Below are positions 1 to 8,961 of a DNA stretch of 64,000 nt, in pieces; the stretch's first letter is position 1; every line of letters starts with the position of its first letter. Below the pieces are notes generated by a model. The model saw only the letters and a list, made by a program, of their open reading frames with translations. It did no database searches and had not been told where the DNA came from. Source of the DNA: a virus (lineage: Duplodnaviria; Caudoviricetes); IMG/VR virus record IMGVR_UViG_3300027608_000010. One strand, given 5' to 3'. Both the position numbers and the translations under genes were made by a program.

Positions 1-255
1 GTGTTGTTATCTGATAATCGTAAGGATCATGGTATCAGACCACGCTGGGCGCAAGTATATGCATTGGGTTCTGACTTCAATGATGATGAGATACAAGTGG
101 GTAAATGGATTTGTATTAGTCATGGAAGATGGACACGGGGCATTGATGTTGAAGATGAAACGGGAGAAAAGACGTTGCGTAGAGTCGATGAAAATGATAT
201 ACTACTAGTATCAGACGAACCCGTCTATGATTTAACAATTGGTGAAAAAGGATAA
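1..255 (+). CDS. GroES/Cpn10-like co-chaperonin (5' end truncated by window)
   Basis: RPRWAQVYALG...IQVGKWICISHGRWTRG...RRVDENDILLV follows the Cpn10 beta-barrel pattern. Confidence 0.65.
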   Translation: MLLSDNRKDHGIRPRWAQVYALGSDFNDDEIQVGKWICISHGRWTRGIDVEDETGEKTLRRVDENDILLVSDEPVYDLTIGEKG

Positions 256-257
256 AA

Positions 258-587
258 ATGAAATGGTTAGATAATTGGTTCTTAAAGAAAGTACGTTGGG
301 CTTGGGATCATCAAGAAGCAGACGAAGGACCCAATCTTGTTATGACTGGTAGTAAAAGACAAAACATCGGTCGTGCGATTTCAACAAGACATGATTCTTC
401 TGGTGAATTAGAAAGTCGTGGGGTATCATTCAATCTATATTCTGCTAACGGCGGGCATGTAGTTGAACTGCGTAACTATGATGATAAAGCAGACAGAATA
501 AAAAACTCATTACATATCATACCACATGACAAAGACTTGGGTGAAGCACTTAACCACATTATCACTTACGAAGCATTAAAACGATGA
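258..587 (+). CDS. hypothetical protein
   Basis: 109-aa ORF coupled to its neighbours (ATGA overlap with next gene). Confidence 0.75.
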   Translation: MKWLDNWFLKKVRWAWDHQEADEGPNLVMTGSKRQNIGRAISTRHDSSGELESRGVSFNLYSANGGHVVELRNYDDKADRIKNSLHIIPHDKDLGEALNHIITYEALKR

Positions 588-1507
588 AAAATCAACTCTG
601 GGTAGAAAAATATAGACCTCATTCTGTAGAAGATTATGTCTTTGTAGATGACAGACAGAAAGAGCAAGTTAACGGTTGGATAGAAACTGAAAGCATCCCT
701 CATCTATTGTTAAGTGGCGAACCCGGTACAGGTAAGACTACACTTGCAAAAGTTCTTATACAAGAATTAGGTGTAGAAGAATATGATGTATTGGAAATCA
801 ATGCATCACGTGAGAATAGTGTTGACGTAGTGCGAAACAAAATCATTGGCTTTGTGCAAACAATGCCATTTGGTAAATTCAAAGTCGTATTATTAGATGA
901 GGCAGATTATCTAACTCCAGCAGGTCAGGCAGCATTGCGTAATGATATGGAAGCATATCACATGACTGCACGATTTATTCTAACTTGTAACTATGAACAC
1001 AGAATTATCCCTGCACTTAAAAGCAGATGTCATGAATTTAGAATAACTAAAACGGATAAGACAGAATTTACTGCACGTGCCGCAACAGTATTGGTTGCTG
1101 AGAACATAGACTTTGATTTAGATATACTAGATAGCTATGTCAGTGCTACATATCCTGACTTGCGTAAGTGTTTGAATCAGATTCAAGTAAATAGTAGTAC
1201 GGGTAAATTGTTACCTCCAGTAGATGCTGGCAAAGGTGAAGATGAATTGCTTTTTGAAGCAACACAATTGTTTAAAGCAGGTAAAATTTTAGAAGGTCGT
1301 CAGCAATTACTACAACATTTAAGTTTATATCCTAGTAGATTAGAAGATATCTATCGTTGGCTGTATAATAATTTAGATTTGTGGGGTAATTCAAACGAGA
1401 AGCGTGATGCTAGTATCATTATCATTCGTAATGGTCTAGCGAATCTATCAATGGTTGGCATCCCTGAGATCAGTCTTGCAGCCACAATGGTAGAATTAAC
1501 AAGTTGA
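584..1507 (+). CDS. sliding-clamp loader AAA+ subunit (RFC small subunit / T4 gp44-like)
   Basis: LWVEKYRP, Walker A GEPGTGKTT, EINAS, Walker B LLDEAD, SRC motif. Confidence 0.92.
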   Translation: MKNQLWVEKYRPHSVEDYVFVDDRQKEQVNGWIETESIPHLLLSGEPGTGKTTLAKVLIQELGVEEYDVLEINASRENSVDVVRNKIIGFVQTMPFGKFKVVLLDEADYLTPAGQAALRNDMEAYHMTARFILTCNYEHRIIPALKSRCHEFRITKTDKTEFTARAATVLVAENIDFDLDILDSYVSATYPDLRKCLNQIQVNSSTGKLLPPVDAGKGEDELLFEATQLFKAGKILEGRQQLLQHLSLYPSRLEDIYRWLYNNLDLWGNSNEKRDASIIIIRNGLANLSMVGIPEISLAATMVELTS

Positions 1508-1514
1508 GAACAAT

Positions 1515-1766
1515 ATGAGATATTTTTTAGTAACATACGTAACTAAGCCTGATGGCAAGATTGATGAACAAGTAGAGATTTCTAAAAATCTAAAGGATAG
1601 AGATATTACTATGTGTAATATTATTTTAGATTTTAAAGAAAAGAATGTTCAGAAGAATGTAGTTCAAGGTAATGTGATGAATCTATCATGGAGTACACTG
1701 CTAGAATATTACAAAAAAGTATATCCAGACCAAATTGATCAATTAGAAAAAATTAACGGAATATAA
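1515..1766 (+). CDS. hypothetical protein
   Basis: 83-aa ORF downstream of clamp loader. Confidence 0.7.
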   Translation: MRYFLVTYVTKPDGKIDEQVEISKNLKDRDITMCNIILDFKEKNVQKNVVQGNVMNLSWSTLLEYYKKVYPDQIDQLEKINGI

Positions 1767-1794
1767 AAAAATAGGGATGTTATGAGCACCCCTA
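1765..1794 (-). terminator. intrinsic terminator for phoH (possibly bidirectional)
   Basis: minus strand taggggtg-ctcataa-catcccta followed by T7, between convergent genes. Confidence 0.7.
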
Positions 1795-1801
1795 AACCCG
1801 A

Positions 1802-2590
1802 TTAAGCGTACAGTCTAAGTACGTGCTCTATAATTTTGTGGCGTTGAACATCTTTCAGTTCAAAGTTACACAATTGCAACCCTGGAATCACCCCCTTCCC
1901 CAATCGATTTTGTAAGTCTAGTAGCCCATTGTCGGCTTTTTTTCTATCAGCTTGTTCTATGTCGCCAGTAATTACAATCTTACTGCCGATACTGATTCTA
2001 GTCATAATCATCTTGAGTTGACTGGGGGTTGCGTTTTGAGCCTCATCTAATACGATATAGCTATGTTTAAAGTTTCGACCTCGACAGAATGCTAGGGGTG
2101 CAATTTCCACTATCTGTTCTTCTAGCATGTGGGCGATTTCCTTTACCGTATAATACTCTCTCAATACATCAAGCAAAGGTCTTGTCCAAGGTTCCATCTT
2201 AGCGTTCAGATCACCTGGCAAGAAGCCATGCTTTTCATCATCTACCCCAACGGCGGGTCGTGTAAGAATGATACGAGAAACTTCACCTGCTTTTAGTGCT
2301 TTGATTGCAGCTAACATAGCAAGATAAGTTTTTCCCGTTCCTGCAGGTCCACCGACCACGACAATATCAGTCTCTTGGTCTAGTAGTGCGAGGATATATT
2401 TTTCTTGGTTTACTGATTTGGGCACCATGACAATGGGCTTACTATTCAGCTTAGGACGACTTTGGTCAAAGTTGATTGTTTTTGATTCGTGTGTGTAGTA
2501 TGTTTTCTGTGTGTTATCGTATTTTTTACTGTGTGCGTATCTTGTATCTTGATCCTGAGTGCGTAAAGCACTTGTTTTGCGTTTGCTCAA
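1802..2590 (-). CDS. phoH: PhoH-like ATPase
   Basis: GPAGTGKT, IILTRPAV, GFLPGDL, EIAPLAFCRGRNF, LDEAQN, ITGDIEQAD, DVQRH; TTG start with GGAG RBS; TAAATA on minus strand at 2634-2639. Confidence 0.95.
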   Translation of the reverse strand: MSKRKTSALRTQDQDTRYAHSKKYDNTQKTYYTHESKTINFDQSRPKLNSKPIVMVPKSVNQEKYILALLDQETDIVVVGGPAGTGKTYLAMLAAIKALKAGEVSRIILTRPAVGVDDEKHGFLPGDLNAKMEPWTRPLLDVLREYYTVKEIAHMLEEQIVEIAPLAFCRGRNFKHSYIVLDEAQNATPSQLKMIMTRISIGSKIVITGDIEQADRKKADNGLLDLQNRLGKGVIPGLQLCNFELKDVQRHKIIEHVLRLYA

Positions 2591-2746
2591 AATATTCTCC
2601 TTTTTAGAGCCGAATGCTCATAACATTCAAGAGTATTTAAGGTGAAACGGTCCACGCAATATAGCATACTTTTAACACATCATCTGGTGATAAATATTAG
2701 GCTACGCTACAAAAAATCTAATTGCTCATTATCATTGCAAGAATGA

Positions 2747-2752
2747 TAAATA
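2747..2752 (+). promoter_or_regulatory. T4-late-like promoter TAAATA (representative of a window-wide motif)
   Basis: TAAATA/TATAAATA sits intergenically just upstream of genes at 2691, 2747, 5414, 8410, 9919, 10971, 18834, 20225, 21393, 27052, 29388, 36974, 42792, 44953, 45929, 56248, 56661; resembles T4 gp55 consensus TATAAATA. Confidence 0.7.
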
Positions 2753-2757
2753 CAACT

Positions 2758-3381
2758 ATGAGTAAACTTCCATCTGACGACTTTTTTAAAGATATAGATT
2801 ATCCAAATATTATTGATAATATCAAGGGTATCTTCACCAGCGACGGTACCATTAATACATTGCTTGACTTTGAGCGTGTATTAGATGAGGCAGACTTGTA
2901 CGCATACCAGAACTGGGAACTAGGTGAACTTGTCAACGGTCCTATTAGCAAAAAATACACAGTAACCTGTGTGTTTATGTATCCCGAGAAACTAATGCCC
3001 AATCCAAAAGGTGGAAAGAGATTAACACACTTAGGATGTACTATACATTTCAAGAAAACATCAATTGAAGTTCCAGTAAAAATCGAAGGACATGAAGATT
3101 TTGAACCAGGCACACATTATCCTAAGATGGTTGAGAAGCCGGTATGGTTAGTACGTATTGAAATACCAAGAGAATTAATGAATGATGTCCGTGAAGGTAG
3201 TATTGACTTAGCAGGACAGACAATTGAACTAGATGATTTAGATTCAGCATACGAAGATGACCTAGATAAAGAAGGTACTGAAGAACAAGGTAATGCGCCA
3301 GCCAATCAGGCTATGGGTCAACCACCAATGGCGGGCGGTATGCCACCGCAACCAATGGCACCCCCTCAGGGAGCAATGTAA
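2758..3381 (+). CDS. conserved-looking hypothetical phage protein (Pro/Met/Gln-rich tail)
   Basis: ORF track 2722..3381; ATG 2758 lies 5 nt after TAAATA and is the likelier start. Confidence 0.8.
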   Translation: MSKLPSDDFFKDIDYPNIIDNIKGIFTSDGTINTLLDFERVLDEADLYAYQNWELGELVNGPISKKYTVTCVFMYPEKLMPNPKGGKRLTHLGCTIHFKKTSIEVPVKIEGHEDFEPGTHYPKMVEKPVWLVRIEIPRELMNDVREGSIDLAGQTIELDDLDSAYEDDLDKEGTEEQGNAPANQAMGQPPMAGGMPPQPMAPPQGAM

Positions 3382-3959
3382 TGAGACTAGTTGAAAACTT
3401 AGATTATCGTGATTTAGTTGGACAAGTAATCCCAACATTATCTATTGATGAATATGAAGCAAAAGCAGGAAGCAATGATGAGATTATCACATTAGCTTTT
3501 AAAGTTGTCGGTAAAGCAGCTAGTACAGATTTGGTTGATTGGTTTGAACGTGGTTACGAGTGGGTACTAGATGCACAAGTAAGTGAAGGTGAGTATACTG
3601 CTGGAAAATATTTAGTTTTTGTTGAGATTGAAAGAAGAACTAAAGCAGTTGAACGTATTGTTGAATTGATTGATGACTTAGAAACACTAACAAACATGTC
3701 ATTAGCAGATTGGACAGTTACAGTTGATGGTTCAGAATATGGTGCAGATATTTCAGAGTTAAAAGGTTTGTTCGAATTAAGTCCTCATTCTTACCGTGAA
3801 AGCAATCCGGAAGATACTGAAGAAGATGAAGAAGATGAAAAAGAAAATATTGAACCTGAATTAAATGAAATGCGTAGACAAGCTGGATTAGAACCAGCTA
3901 AGATGAATAAACAAAAAGATAGTTTATTAAAAGATTTTATTGCAAAGGCAGGATTATAA
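3381..3959 (+). CDS. hypothetical late protein (MRLVE leader; acidic linker then LNE site)
   Basis: 192-aa ORF, TAATG coupling. Confidence 0.8.
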   Translation: MRLVENLDYRDLVGQVIPTLSIDEYEAKAGSNDEIITLAFKVVGKAASTDLVDWFERGYEWVLDAQVSEGEYTAGKYLVFVEIERRTKAVERIVELIDDLETLTNMSLADWTVTVDGSEYGADISELKGLFELSPHSYRESNPEDTEEDEEDEKENIEPELNEMRRQAGLEPAKMNKQKDSLLKDFIAKAGL

Positions 3960-3960
3960 C

Positions 3961-4560
3961 ATGGCAACATTATTAGCAAAAAAAGCAGACGGTACTATAC
4001 CATTAGCAAAGACAGACGATCACCACGAAGCATTAGCGGCTGATCCTAGTATATCAGCATTCCCGCAAGGTAGCTCATTCGGAGGAACATCTTCAAACGG
4101 ATTCGGTACAACCGCACCCGGCTTTGGTGCAGTTCCCCCAGCATCAAGCTCCAGTGGACTCGGAAGTTTTGGAGCAGTTATTCCAGGAAAAGACTCAGGA
4201 GGAAATATGGCAGGATCAGTACAAGTAACACACAATCAAGCAGAGTCACTAAAAAGTGGCGGTGGTGCAATGAGTGAAGGTGGAGAATCTACTGTAGCAT
4301 TGGATCAAAGTTCTACAGATTGGATCAACAAGAAAATGCGCCCAATGATGGGTTGGATTTATATGTTGACATGTACATGTGACTTTGTTATCTTCCCGGT
4401 ACTATGGTCAGTGTTACAAGCAATGAGTCATGGCTCAGTAACAAGTCAATGGCAACCATTGACATTACAAGGTGCAGGACTTTACCATATTGCAATGGGC
4501 GCAGTTCTAGGTATTGCCGCATACGGTCGTACAAAAGAAAAAGTAGCCGGCGTAGCTTAA
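3961..4560 (+). CDS. GTA-type 3-TM holin-like membrane protein with long G/S-rich N-terminal extension
   Basis: C-terminal WINKKMRPMMGWIYMLTCTCDFVIFP...LYHIAMGAVLGIAAYGRTKEK pattern with hydrophobic segments. Confidence 0.6.
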   Translation: MATLLAKKADGTIPLAKTDDHHEALAADPSISAFPQGSSFGGTSSNGFGTTAPGFGAVPPASSSSGLGSFGAVIPGKDSGGNMAGSVQVTHNQAESLKSGGGAMSEGGESTVALDQSSTDWINKKMRPMMGWIYMLTCTCDFVIFPVLWSVLQAMSHGSVTSQWQPLTLQGAGLYHIAMGAVLGIAAYGRTKEKVAGVA

Positions 4561-4566
4561 TAAATA

Positions 4567-4595
4567 TTGACTTAGCACACAAACTGTGCTATACT
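4567..4595 (+). promoter_or_regulatory. sigma70-type promoter of dnaJ-clpA with internal palindrome
   Basis: TTGACT-17-TATACT; TAGCACA-caaac-TGTGCTA palindrome in spacer; ATG 7 nt after the -10 box. Confidence 0.7.
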
Positions 4596-4602
4596 CAATA
4601 CT

Positions 4603-5415
4603 ATGGAACACTATCAAACTTTAGGGGTAGACAGAAATGCCTCCTCCGATGACATTAAAAAAGCATATCGCAAATTAGCAGGAGTTCATCACCCGGACAA
4701 GGGTGGTGATACTGCTACATTTCAAAAAATTCAAAGTGCTTATGAAACACTAAGCGATCCACAAAAGAAACAAGAATACGATAATCCAAATCCGTTTGGT
4801 CAAGGCGGTGGCCCTGGTGGCTTTCACTTTACTACAGGTGGAGGAGGGTTTAATATGCAGTTCAATGATATTTTTGGGCAGATGTTTGGGGGACAACGTA
4901 ATAATCCTTTTGGTCATTCTTTCCAACAAACATTTAAGACAACCATTTGGGTATCGTTAGAACAAGTATTCAATGGGGCTGAACAACTATTACAACTACA
5001 AGGTCAGGGCGGCCCTCAAACTATTAAAGTTGAGATTCCAAAAGGAATAGAGAACGGTGCTCAAATGAGATATGATAATCTCATTGCCGGCGGAGTTCTT
5101 ATTGTTGAATTCAGAGTTCATGTACATCCTAAGTTTGACCGTGTGGGGCAAGACTTAGTTTCACAACATAGAATTAGTGTATTAGATTTGATTGTGGGTA
5201 CGTCATTTGATTTCACTACTATTAGTGGGAAAACATTTCAAGTCCAAGTCAAACCAGGAACACAACCTGATAGTACATTAAGAGTTTCGGGTCAGGGATT
5301 ACCTCACATGAATGAACAAGGCAACGGTGACCAATTGCTATTGCTTAAACCATTTATTCCTGATAAAATAGACAACAAGATAACTGCTAGCATTTTGCAG
5401 AGTCGAAGTAATTAA
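4603..5415 (+). CDS. dnaJ: DnaJ/CbpA-type (class B) J-domain co-chaperone
   Basis: J-domain YQTLGV...IKKAYRKLA..HHPDKGG, G/F-rich linker, C-terminal domain, no Zn finger. Confidence 0.92.
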   Translation: MEHYQTLGVDRNASSDDIKKAYRKLAGVHHPDKGGDTATFQKIQSAYETLSDPQKKQEYDNPNPFGQGGGPGGFHFTTGGGGFNMQFNDIFGQMFGGQRNNPFGHSFQQTFKTTIWVSLEQVFNGAEQLLQLQGQGGPQTIKVEIPKGIENGAQMRYDNLIAGGVLIVEFRVHVHPKFDRVGQDLVSQHRISVLDLIVGTSFDFTTISGKTFQVQVKPGTQPDSTLRVSGQGLPHMNEQGNGDQLLLLKPFIPDKIDNKITASILQSRSN

Positions 5416-5439
5416 ATAAGATTTTAAAAGGAAATCATT

Positions 5440-7722
5440 TTGCACTCACCGGAAATCGAATCAATTATTGAAAAAGCAGTTGATTTAGCAAAACAACGCA
5501 ACCATCAATATTGCACAGTAGAACATCTACTATTAGCATTAATTTCTTATGCACCATTTCAGAAATGTATAGGCAGCTTTGGTATTGATGCAGATACTAT
5601 GAGTAAAGAAGTAATTACATATTTAGATAATTTAAAATATATCGAATTATCAGTATCTGAAGGACAAGAAATTCAGCCACGCAAAACTAATAGCTTAGAA
5701 CGTGTAATGAATCGTAGCGTTACTCAAGTATTATTTACCGGTCGTAAAGTTGTAACAACTATTGACTTGTATCTTAGTATTATGGCTGAAGGCAATAGTC
5801 ATGCACAGTATTTCTTATTGAAACATGGTTTTGTTAAGAATGAATTTGTTCCTTTTTGGCAAAAACATTACAAAGGCACACAAGCTGATGTTAAACTAAC
5901 AGACGAACAAGCAGATAATATCCTAGAAGAATACACTATCAATTTAACACAACTGGCTAAGTTGCAGAAACTAGAGCCTGTGATTGGTCGTAGTAAAGAA
6001 GTTGATGACATTATCAATGTATTAGCTAAACGATTCAAGTCAAATGTATTGATGGTAGGTGATCCTGGTGTTGGTAAAACTGCAATTGCAGAAGGTCTAG
6101 CACAAATGATTGTCAATGATGAAGTCCCTGAATTCTTAAAAGACCATGAACTTTACAGTTTAGAGATCGGTAGTCTATTAGCAGGTAGTAAGTATCGCGG
6201 TGACTTTGAAGAAAAAGTTAAAGCAGTACTTGATGCACTGACTGTTAAGAAAGATGCAATTCTGTTCATTGACGAAGCACATACAATGCGTGGCGCCGGT
6301 GGTGCAACAAATGGTGCAGTTGATTTTGCTAACATGATTAAACCTGCAATTACTAAGGGTACATTAAAAGTTATTGCAAGTACAACTTGGGAAGAGTACT
6401 ACGAATCATTTGAAAAGGACCGCGCATTGATGCGAAGGTTCTATCGTGTGAGTATTGATGAACCAAGTCGTGAATCTACAGTTAGTATTCTTAAAGGTCT
6501 AAGTGTACGATTGAATGACTTCCACAGTGTGGAGATTACAGATGAAGCGATTGAAGCCGCAGTTGAAGGTGCAACACGATACATTCAGGATCGTAAGAAT
6601 CCAGACAAGTCTATTGATTTGTTAGATGCCGCTTGTGCTAAACAACGAGTAGCAGAGAACAAGGGCGCTATCATTACTAAAGAATTAGTGTTTGATCAGA
6701 TTGAAAAATACACCGGAGTTCCTGCTGATAAATTAACTGATGATAACTCAGAACGTATTATTAACCTTGAGTCTAATGTAAAATCAAAACTATATGGACA
6801 AGAAGAAACAGTTAATAAGGTACTTGAACGTGTATATGTTAGTTTTGCTGGTATCGGCAATCAAACTAAACCACAAGCGAGTTTCTTATTCTTAGGCCCA
6901 ACCGGTACAGGTAAAACTGAATTAGCTAAATTATTGTCTAAGAACCTTGACATGAAACTACTCAAGTACGATATGTCAGAGTATGGTGAAAAGTTTTCGG
7001 TATCAAGTTTGATTGGCGCGCCCCCGGGCTATGTTGGCTTTGGTGAGGGATCACTAGGTGGTGGACGACTGATTAATGACTTAAGCAAGAACCCACATTC
7101 AATTCTATTATTTGACGAAGTTGAAAAGGCTCACCCAGATATCTTTAATATCTTCTTGCAATTGCTTGATGAAGGTCGTGTTACCGGTAGCAATGGTAAA
7201 GAAGTCAATGCTAAAAACTGTATTATCATTATGACTAGTAACTTAGGTAGTGGTGACAGTGAACGAAATGTAATTGGTTTTGGTAGTCAAGAACGTAGCG
7301 GGGAAGATGACAAAGCATTAAAAGAATTCTTTAAGCCAGAATTCAGAAATCGAATTGACTTGGTATGTAAGTTTGGTAAACTAGATATGTTGGCAATCAA
7401 AAAAATTGTTATTAAATTTGCTGATGACTTGAAGAAATCTCTCAGAGAGGCACATAATATTACACTACACTTGAGCGAACCAGTAGTTGAGTATCTAGCA
7501 GAAAAGGGTTATGATAATAAAATGGGAGCCCGCCCACTAGCAAGAAAGATTGATGAACTAATTCGGGTACCTCTGAGCAAGAAACTCTTGTTTGAGCGTA
7601 TCAAAAATAGTACAATCAATGCTAACTTAGAGAACGGAGAAATTGTTTTTGATGTTCAACAAAAATTAATAGCAGAAGTAGGTGAAGATGGCATTATTAA
7701 AGTTACAACAGACACGCAGTGA
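5440..7722 (+). CDS. clpA: ClpA/ClpB-family Hsp100 ATPase (ClpA-like, no middle domain)
   Basis: Clp-N (EHLLLAL), NBD1 GDPGVGKT/FIDEAH, NBD2 GPTGTGKT/LLFDEVEKAH, GAPPGYVG, PEFRNRID, MGARPL. Confidence 0.93.
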   Translation: MHSPEIESIIEKAVDLAKQRNHQYCTVEHLLLALISYAPFQKCIGSFGIDADTMSKEVITYLDNLKYIELSVSEGQEIQPRKTNSLERVMNRSVTQVLFTGRKVVTTIDLYLSIMAEGNSHAQYFLLKHGFVKNEFVPFWQKHYKGTQADVKLTDEQADNILEEYTINLTQLAKLQKLEPVIGRSKEVDDIINVLAKRFKSNVLMVGDPGVGKTAIAEGLAQMIVNDEVPEFLKDHELYSLEIGSLLAGSKYRGDFEEKVKAVLDALTVKKDAILFIDEAHTMRGAGGATNGAVDFANMIKPAITKGTLKVIASTTWEEYYESFEKDRALMRRFYRVSIDEPSRESTVSILKGLSVRLNDFHSVEITDEAIEAAVEGATRYIQDRKNPDKSIDLLDAACAKQRVAENKGAIITKELVFDQIEKYTGVPADKLTDDNSERIINLESNVKSKLYGQEETVNKVLERVYVSFAGIGNQTKPQASFLFLGPTGTGKTELAKLLSKNLDMKLLKYDMSEYGEKFSVSSLIGAPPGYVGFGEGSLGGGRLINDLSKNPHSILLFDEVEKAHPDIFNIFLQLLDEGRVTGSNGKEVNAKNCIIIMTSNLGSGDSERNVIGFGSQERSGEDDKALKEFFKPEFRNRIDLVCKFGKLDMLAIKKIVIKFADDLKKSLREAHNITLHLSEPVVEYLAEKGYDNKMGARPLARKIDELIRVPLSKKLLFERIKNSTINANLENGEIVFDVQQKLIAEVGEDGIIKVTTDTQ

Positions 7723-8404
7723 TGGCGTAGGGTATATCGACCATAGAGACTTGTATTTCGGTAAATTTAATTACCGTGCAAGAGTTCATATGATCGGTGC
7801 ATATTTATGTTCATATGCTACGAAAAAAGAAGATTTTCAAAAGCGAATAAAAATCAATAAGAAAACCATGGCAGGAGCCAAGGTCGATGAACTAGTTCTT
7901 TTTGCTGATTGGAAGAATACTCAAAAGAAAGAAAAGAAAAGTGATATCACTTTTCGTATTGAGGGACAGTCTGCTAGTGTGTTTTCTAATAACCTAGAGT
8001 TTTTAAGAGAATTAGAATCACTAGGATTCAATGTTGATTTTACTGCAATTGAAGATGTAGTACCTGTAGGTATAAAATACTTTGTCAATGAACCCAAATT
8101 CAAGTATCGTATCTATTTAAAAAGCAAACGAGTTTCTGAAGATTTTCCTAAGAAATTGAAGAATATGTTTGATAGGTATAAAGGTACAGGCACTAAAATT
8201 TCTCCCAGCCCCTCATTAAATGACTGGTTAACTGAAAGGGGAACTCCTAGTTTAGGTGGATACCTCTCTTGGAAACGCAGTTATTGTAGCAGTCATTACT
8301 TTATTGAATACAATGATGAGAGTTTTATTACGATTTTTGCACTTACCTTTACCGGGATTATTTCTAGGAAATACACTTTAGAAAAACGCCCAGAGTCAAC
8401 ATAA
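7682..8404 (+). CDS. hypothetical protein
   Basis: 240-aa ORF overlapping clpA end. Confidence 0.75.
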   Translation: MKMALLKLQQTRSDGVGYIDHRDLYFGKFNYRARVHMIGAYLCSYATKKEDFQKRIKINKKTMAGAKVDELVLFADWKNTQKKEKKSDITFRIEGQSASVFSNNLEFLRELESLGFNVDFTAIEDVVPVGIKYFVNEPKFKYRIYLKSKRVSEDFPKKLKNMFDRYKGTGTKISPSPSLNDWLTERGTPSLGGYLSWKRSYCSSHYFIEYNDESFITIFALTFTGIISRKYTLEKRPEST

Positions 8405-8436
8405 AATGATAAATACTCTATAATGGAGTGTTTACC

Positions 8437-8604
8437 ATGGCAAAGATTGTCGAAACTGTATTTGTAGTAAAATTAAGTCAATTAGTAAGAGATAATCCAG
8501 CATCTATAGAGACTGCTGGGTTTGATGAGCTTCCAAAAACTATTGAAGAAGTCGTGCAACAGTTAGTTGCAGGTGATGTTTTAGTGGAAGTTGAAAAAGC
8601 ATAA
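8437..8604 (+). CDS. small hypothetical protein (55 aa, missing from ORF track)
   Basis: MAKIVETVFVVKLSQLV...EVEKA; GGAG RBS, late promoter at 8410, TAATG coupling to next gene. Confidence 0.75.
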   Translation: MAKIVETVFVVKLSQLVRDNPASIETAGFDELPKTIEEVVQQLVAGDVLVEVEKA

Positions 8605-8960
8605 TGAGCCAAACAACCGCACTTACCCTATTACCAACAACTATTGCAGTAGTAACCGGGGACAAACAACCCGGGGTAAGTTATTACACCTCTGGAAAAA
8701 CCCTACAAACTATTACTTGGAAACTTTCAGCATTCTTAGGAACTGTAATTGTTCAAGCAAGTCTAGTTGAGAATCCAACAACTGATTCTGATTGGTTCCC
8801 TGTATATAATTTAATTTGTACTACAGGTAATAATAATGGCGGGTCAATACCTAATCCAGCAGTAAGTTTTGTAAATATCACTGGTAATTTTGCATGGGTA
8901 AGAGCAAAAGTATCGGCATACACTTCTGGAACAATTAATTATGTAAAGGTCTGTTATTAA
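8604..8960 (+). CDS. hypothetical beta-rich (probably structural) protein
   Basis: 118-aa T/V/G/N-rich ORF in late region. Confidence 0.75.
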   Translation: MSQTTALTLLPTTIAVVTGDKQPGVSYYTSGKTLQTITWKLSAFLGTVIVQASLVENPTTDSDWFPVYNLICTTGNNNGGSIPNPAVSFVNITGNFAWVRAKVSAYTSGTINYVKVCY

Positions 8961-8961
8961 A

